NCBI RefSeq assembly: GCF_009914755.1
Contig: NC_060946.1
Length of the DNA: 64,000 bases
Strand: one strand, 5' to 3'
Origin: the human T2T-CHM13v2.0 reference genome, Homo sapiens
The position numbers and the translations under genes are program-made. Below the pieces are notes generated by a model that worked only from the letters and a program-made list of their open reading frames with translations, was not told the DNA's origin and made no database searches. Below are positions 56,085-64,000 of the stretch, piece after piece. How positions within the stretch are numbered: position 1 is the stretch's first letter; each line of letters opens with the position of its first letter.

Positions 56085-56160
56085 CTCAAGTTCCTTCCAA
56101 AAGAGCAATTGCTATTTAGTAAAAAATAAACACCAACTGCTCTTTCAGAAGGAGCTTCAG
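56085..56160 (-). ncRNA. MIR4766: pre-miR-4766 hairpin in intron 1 (5p arm 56129-56149, 3p arm 56095-56115)
   Basis: 76-nt stem-loop. The arms UCUGAAAGAGCAGUUGGUGUU and AUAGCAAUUGCUCUUUUGGAA are mutually complementary and match the miR-4766-5p/3p sequences as I recall them. Same strand as host. Confidence 0.9.
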
Positions 56161-56236
56161 AAAGGTAGAAGGGTCAACAGTATAGAATACTTACAAAGAA
56201 CTGGAATCAATTAAGAATGCAAAAACAGTCAGTAGA

Positions 56237-56861
56237 TGTATAGAGCACTCTTGACATAAGAAACTCCATCTTAGAAAAAGACTCCTATCTTTCATTTCAA
56301 AAAGCACTTTGACAACAGGGACCAGATGTTTTTCCAGATAAAGACACAACCAAGCATGCTCTTCCACTATCAGTCCTTACCAGAAGACTCTGTGACCATA
56401 AAAAGAACAGGACTTAAAAAACTCAAAATGGTCTTAACAGACACTGTCTTGCTGTCACTTGTTATAAAAGCCTGATATCTGTGTCCAAAGGCTCTGCCCA
56501 CATCAAGGATTCTTTCTTACAAGACCAACACACTGCCATGATGAAACCAGGATACTTGTCTATATCACTCTCCCCGGACTGGTTAGGTAACCCTTTTTCC
56601 TCACCCTTTTCTCTTGATGTTCAATGTTACTTTGTTGCAGAATGTTTAATCTACATCATTTATGTATTAATTAGGTATACTATTATATATGATTTACAAT
56701 ATTGACTGACTACCTAGTGAATGAGAAGTACTAATAAAAATTGCCTCGAGAACTCCATGTAACTTGTCTTTTATAACTGAAATAACACAATAAAAGTCTG
56801 ACATTGTGAAAAGACACAAATGTGTGTGTACCTGGTTATCCATGACCTTATACCATTCACA
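56237..56861. mobile_element. MER67-like LTR
   Basis: TG...CA ends; aactccatgt...aataaaagtctgacattgtgaaaagacacaaa motif. Confidence 0.6.
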
Positions 56862-56881
56862 ATAGTAGATTAAGCTGTTAG

Positions 56882-57209
<328 letters not shown>

Positions 57210-58207
57210 TAGTCAGGATGGTCTCGATCTCCTGACCTCGTGATCTGCCCGCCTCAGCCTCCCAAAGTGCTGGGATTACAGGTGTGAGCCACCACACCCG
57301 GCCCAGAATATTCTTTAAATAAGCTTAGCACAAAGGGAAAGAGAACAGGCAGAGGCTGAAGAAGCTACCAGATTCCAGATCAGATTGGTATAGTTTTCTG
57401 ATGGGACAGGCCTGACCATGTTTGAGGGCTGAACAGAAGCAGATACTAGGTTAAAGCTATAGGAAAGAGATGAAAATTACTGGAGCAAAGTCCTGGAAGA
57501 AAACTGGCCATGGGCTGGAGGGGAGGACAAAGATTGAAGGTAGCAGACACTGAATATGTCTATTTTTCCTCTGAGACCAGCAGAATGTAGAAAACACGAG
57601 TACAACTGTAATTGGAAAAAACTGAAAAAACTCATCCCAAGTAGGTTCTATTTTATCTAGAGAGTAAAAGGTAAGATCATCTGCAACAAGTGAAGGGAAT
57701 GGGTGGAGATGGCCATGAGGCAAGAGAACATTTCAATTCCCTTAAATTTCTAAAACTAGGTATAAGTGCTGTATTTGCAAGAATATACTTGAGACAGAAA
57801 TGAATAATTATGGTCTTACTACAACGTTCCATTATGCTAGATGCTCCACAAATATAATCACATTTACTTCCCACAAGAACCCAGTTAAGTGAGGCATTGT
57901 TATTGTCCCTGTTTTATAGTTCGATTGATGATGGCATTCATAGTTAAGCTTTACTACAGAACCTTTTTTTTCAGCTATTATGCCATATTTGCTTCTTAAA
58001 AAATTAAGTTATACAATACTATGTATGACGATATAATTTCATTAATCGTTTTTGATTCAGGCATAAACAAAGTTAGAAAAGTAATTCCAGGCCAGGCGCA
58101 GTGGCTCACGCCTGTAATCCCAGCACTTTGGGAGGCCAAGGCAGGCGGATCACCTGAGGGCGGGAGCTCAAGACCAGGCTGACCAACATGGAGAAACCCC
58201 GTCTCTA

Positions 58208-58381
<174 letters not shown>

Positions 58382-58511
58382 TCAAAAAAAAAAAAAGAAA
58401 GAAAGAAAGAAAAAGAAAAAAAGAGAAAAATAGGCAACAAGTGAAAAAAAGAAGTATCTTTGTAGATTAAATAGAAATATATTACCACTATTGCCAGTCA
58501 CTCTCTCTATA

Positions 58512-58720
58512 GCAGGAGTCAGAAAACTATGGCCTATGGGCCAAATCCAATCTAATATCTGTTTTTGAAAACAGTATTTTATTGGAACACAGCTCTGTCC
58601 ATTCATTTACTGTCTACAGCTGATTTCACACGACCATGGCAATGTTGGGTAGCTGTGACAACGGTACACAAAGCCTAAAATATTTCCCATCTGCTCTCTT
58701 TAAAAAGTTTGCCAATCTCT
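58512..58720. mobile_element. MER58A-like DNA transposon
   Basis: aaactatggcctatgggccaaatcc...ttttattggaacacagc...aaagtttgcc. Confidence 0.75.
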
Positions 58721-58812
58721 ATGTTCTTTTATAGCACTTAACTGTATCTAAAATTATTCTACTTATTTTTTATTTATTCATTTATTTTTTATTGTTTTTT
58801 TTTTTTTCTTGA

Positions 58813-59136
<324 letters not shown>

Positions 59137-60522
59137 TGAAGAAAAAGACCTTCTCTACTGTACTCCTTGCACCTAGAACAGCGTGTGGCACATAGAATGC
59201 ACTCAATAAAGGTGTTTAATGAACATTTATTGCAAGAAGGAAGAGAAAAACATTTCCCATCTTCTCACTTTCTTCTCTTAGATGCACTCCAACTATTTCC
59301 CCCACCACTCCACCAAAACTGGTCTTTTCAATTAACCACTGGATTTATCAACATGATAAATTCTCAGTTATTTCTCAGTCCTCACCTTACTTGACCCATC
59401 AGCAGCATCTGACCCAGCTGGTCTACTTCCTTCCCCAGAAACACTATCTTCACGTGGCTTTCACTCTTAGTTCTTAGCTTCCCTCCTGCAGTACTGATCC
59501 ATCCTTCGTTTGTCTCCTTTGCTGGTGCAATCTTATTTTCTCGGCCTCTTAATGGTTAGCCTGCTCCAAGACTCAGTCATTGAGATTCTTCTGTCAGTCC
59601 ATACACACTTCCCTAGTGAGCTCATCTAGTCTCACGACTACTCTTAGGCATTTCAAACTCCTCCAAAACCAAAGCCAAATTTATCATTTCCCCCAAAACC
59701 TTCTCCTTCACAGCCTCTGCCATCCCAGTAAATACCACCATCCCTCCAGTTACTGAAGCCAAAAACTCTTGGAGTCAACCAACCCTCATTTTATAAATAT
59801 ATTCCAGGTCAATGATCACTTCTACCATGTCTGCTACCACCCGGATCCAAGTCACCATCATCTCTCGCCTGATAATTGCTTGTCCCCTGTTCCCTTACAT
59901 TCTACTCTCAACACAGCAGCCAGGGTGATCACGTTTAAAGGTAAATCAGCAAGTTCAACAGCTAGCCAGAGTGAAAGTCTCACACAATTTGGCCCCCTGA
60001 AACCTATTTGCCTCTTTGTTCCCTCCACTCCGGAAACACAGGCCTCCATGCCCATCTTAAAGCAAGTCACGCAAGCGTCCATCTCAGCCTTCATGCTGGC
60101 TGAAAGGCTCTTCTGGCTGAACTGAATGAACCAGGCTTCCTGAATTAGGCATTTTCATGAAATGCTGTGTCACTTAATTCTCTAAACTCTGTGAGGTAGG
60201 TATCACTTCCCCCACTTTACAGATTAAGAAAGTAAGGTTTACAGGGCATCTAGCTAACAAATGATGGAGTTAGGGTTAAATCCAGATTAGTCTACAGAGA
60301 AGGTGAGCTCTCAGTGAAGTTTCTGGAGGCTAAACAGAGGATTCAGTGATGTTCCTCTGAAGTCACAGTGATTTTAACAGCTAAAGGTGTGTGCTAACAA
60401 CTGGTGAAGAATATGAGAAAAGGCAGTCAAAGAGATAAAAGAACCACAAGAGGAGTCACCCAAGCCAAAAGTGGAAAGTTTTAAGGAAAAGAGGGGAGAG
60501 GGGAAGTGTCAAGTGGAACCTA

Positions 60523-61800
<1,278 letters not shown>

Positions 61801-62726
61801 TCTTTTACTCTGGTGACAAAGATGGGGAAACTCAATGAGACTCCAGTCTCCCTGCTTCTCTGCGCCTGAGCTCTTTTCTATTCTGAAAGTCACATTTTGG
61901 CCAAGAGGAAAAAAACTCAGTTGTGGACTTGGAAACTTCTTCCTCCAGAAAAACCCTTGAGTGTGGTGGGAAGAGATGTTGAGCATCAGGAGCCCAAAAT
62001 ACAAGACGCGAGTGGGAGCCTCCCCCTAGTTGGCAACTATGGAAGTCATTTAACCTCTTGGGTTTCCTCTGTGAAATGACAATGTACTAGTACCAACAAT
62101 CCCCATCTGCTGTGAGGATTACGAAAGCCAATTTATGTAGTAGTACTTCATAAAATACTGAAGGAAAAAAATTTTTTTCCATGTTGCAAAGTGACTAACA
62201 AAATTACACAAAACTAAAGCAGCCACATTCAGCTTTAACCTGTCATACTGTGAGATTCTGCTTCAGGATGCTCCTCAGGGACTCAGGGATTCTTTCCTGA
62301 GACACCATCACCACTTGTCTTTACCATGTTTCCTTTTAGAATATCCTCGTGATAACTCCTCAGTGCTGACTACATGCCAGGCTTAGTGTTTTATGCCCAT
62401 CATCACACTTAATCCCTGGGAGAGGGGTCTAACAAAGTTTAACCTGGCCGTTTTCACAAAATTTGCAGAAGATACTGCTTCCAGGAACATTCCCATCACG
62501 CCATAGAATCATGACGTGAAAGTGAAGGACCAAAAGTGAAGCGAAGATGATTTTGGGCTGGGCGCAGCGGCTCAGGCCTGTAATCCTAGCACTTTGGGAG
62601 GCCGTAGCGGGCAGATCACTTGAGGTCAGAAGTTTGAGACAAGCCTGGCCCATATGGCAAAACCCTGTCTCTATTAAAAATAGAAAAAATTAGCCGGACA
62701 TGGTGGCACGCGCCTTGTAGAAATTA

Positions 62727-62927
<201 letters not shown>

Positions 62928-63417
62928 TCAGTTCTCATTGACTCCTGATCAAATTGGGAGCTTGCTGTCAAGAATATACTGGATTATGCATCATAGTTAT
63001 GAAAACATTGTTAATACTTTGTTTTGACGTTTTTGTATCTTACATACCAAAAACATTTTGATCAGCTTTTTTTTTTTTTAAACCTGAGACAGTGTTTCTC
63101 TGCGTTGTCCAGGCTGGTCTTGTACTCCTGGGCTCAAGTGATCCACCTGCTTCAGCCACCCAAAGTGCTCGTATTACAGGCATGAGCCACTGTACCGGGC
63201 CTTGCAACCTTTTTTTTTTTTTTCAGATGGAGTTTCACTCTTGTGGCTCAGGCTTGGCTCACTGCAACCTCCGCCTCCCGGGTTCAAGTGATTCTCCTAC
63301 CTCAGCCTCTCGAGTAGCTGGGATTACAGGCATGCGCTACCACGCCCAGCTAATTTTTGTATTTTTAGTAGAGACGGGGTTTCATCATGTTGGTCAGGAT
63401 GGTCTCAAATCTCTTGA

Positions 63418-63846
<429 letters not shown>

Positions 63847-63914
63847 TGAAAAACGTAGACACTGCATAGCTACATCAGTTATTAACTGGAACTATGAAGC
63901 TGTGATGTTCGAGA

Positions 63915-64000
63915 CACACACATACATACATATATATATACACGTATATATATATATATATATATACGTATATATATATACATATATATACGTATATATA
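63915..64000. repeat. (TA)n-type microsatellite with CA/CG interruptions, runs off the window end
   Basis: Directly visible. Confidence 0.95.

Overview
Human (primate) genomic DNA, very Alu-dense. The window contains the whole SLC25A17 gene (peroxisomal SLC25-family carrier PMP34) on the minus strand. I rebuilt 9 coding exons (61431 down to 13026; 54+61+67+152+117+146+96+83+148 = 924 nt = 307 aa + stop), all with GT-AG boundaries. The gene has a CpG-island promoter at ~61.0-61.8 kb and a ~1.2 kb 3'UTR ending near 11.82 kb. Nested in its introns are the MIR4766 hairpin (intron 1), an antisense JTB processed pseudogene (intron 2), a sense riboflavin kinase (RFK) processed pseudogene (intron 4), a near-consensus AluYb8, a twin-primed L1, an unidentified ~530 bp retroposed fragment and many older repeats. 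No clearly new gene is demonstrable. The most interesting testable hypotheses concern isoform control of SLC25A17: (i) a 53-nt cassette exon that is both a poison exon and a source of an in-frame ATG; (ii) a phase-compatible cryptic acceptor in the RFK retrocopy that could give a PMP34-RFK chimera, in a gene whose product is reported to carry FMN/FAD; (iii) a JTB retrocopy that appears to import a second gene's poly(A) signal in host-sense orientation; (iv) a possible CUG-initiated 28-aa N-terminal extension. Parent-gene and repeat-family identities come from recognition/memory and need BLAST/RepeatMasker confirmation. Repeat boundaries are approximate.
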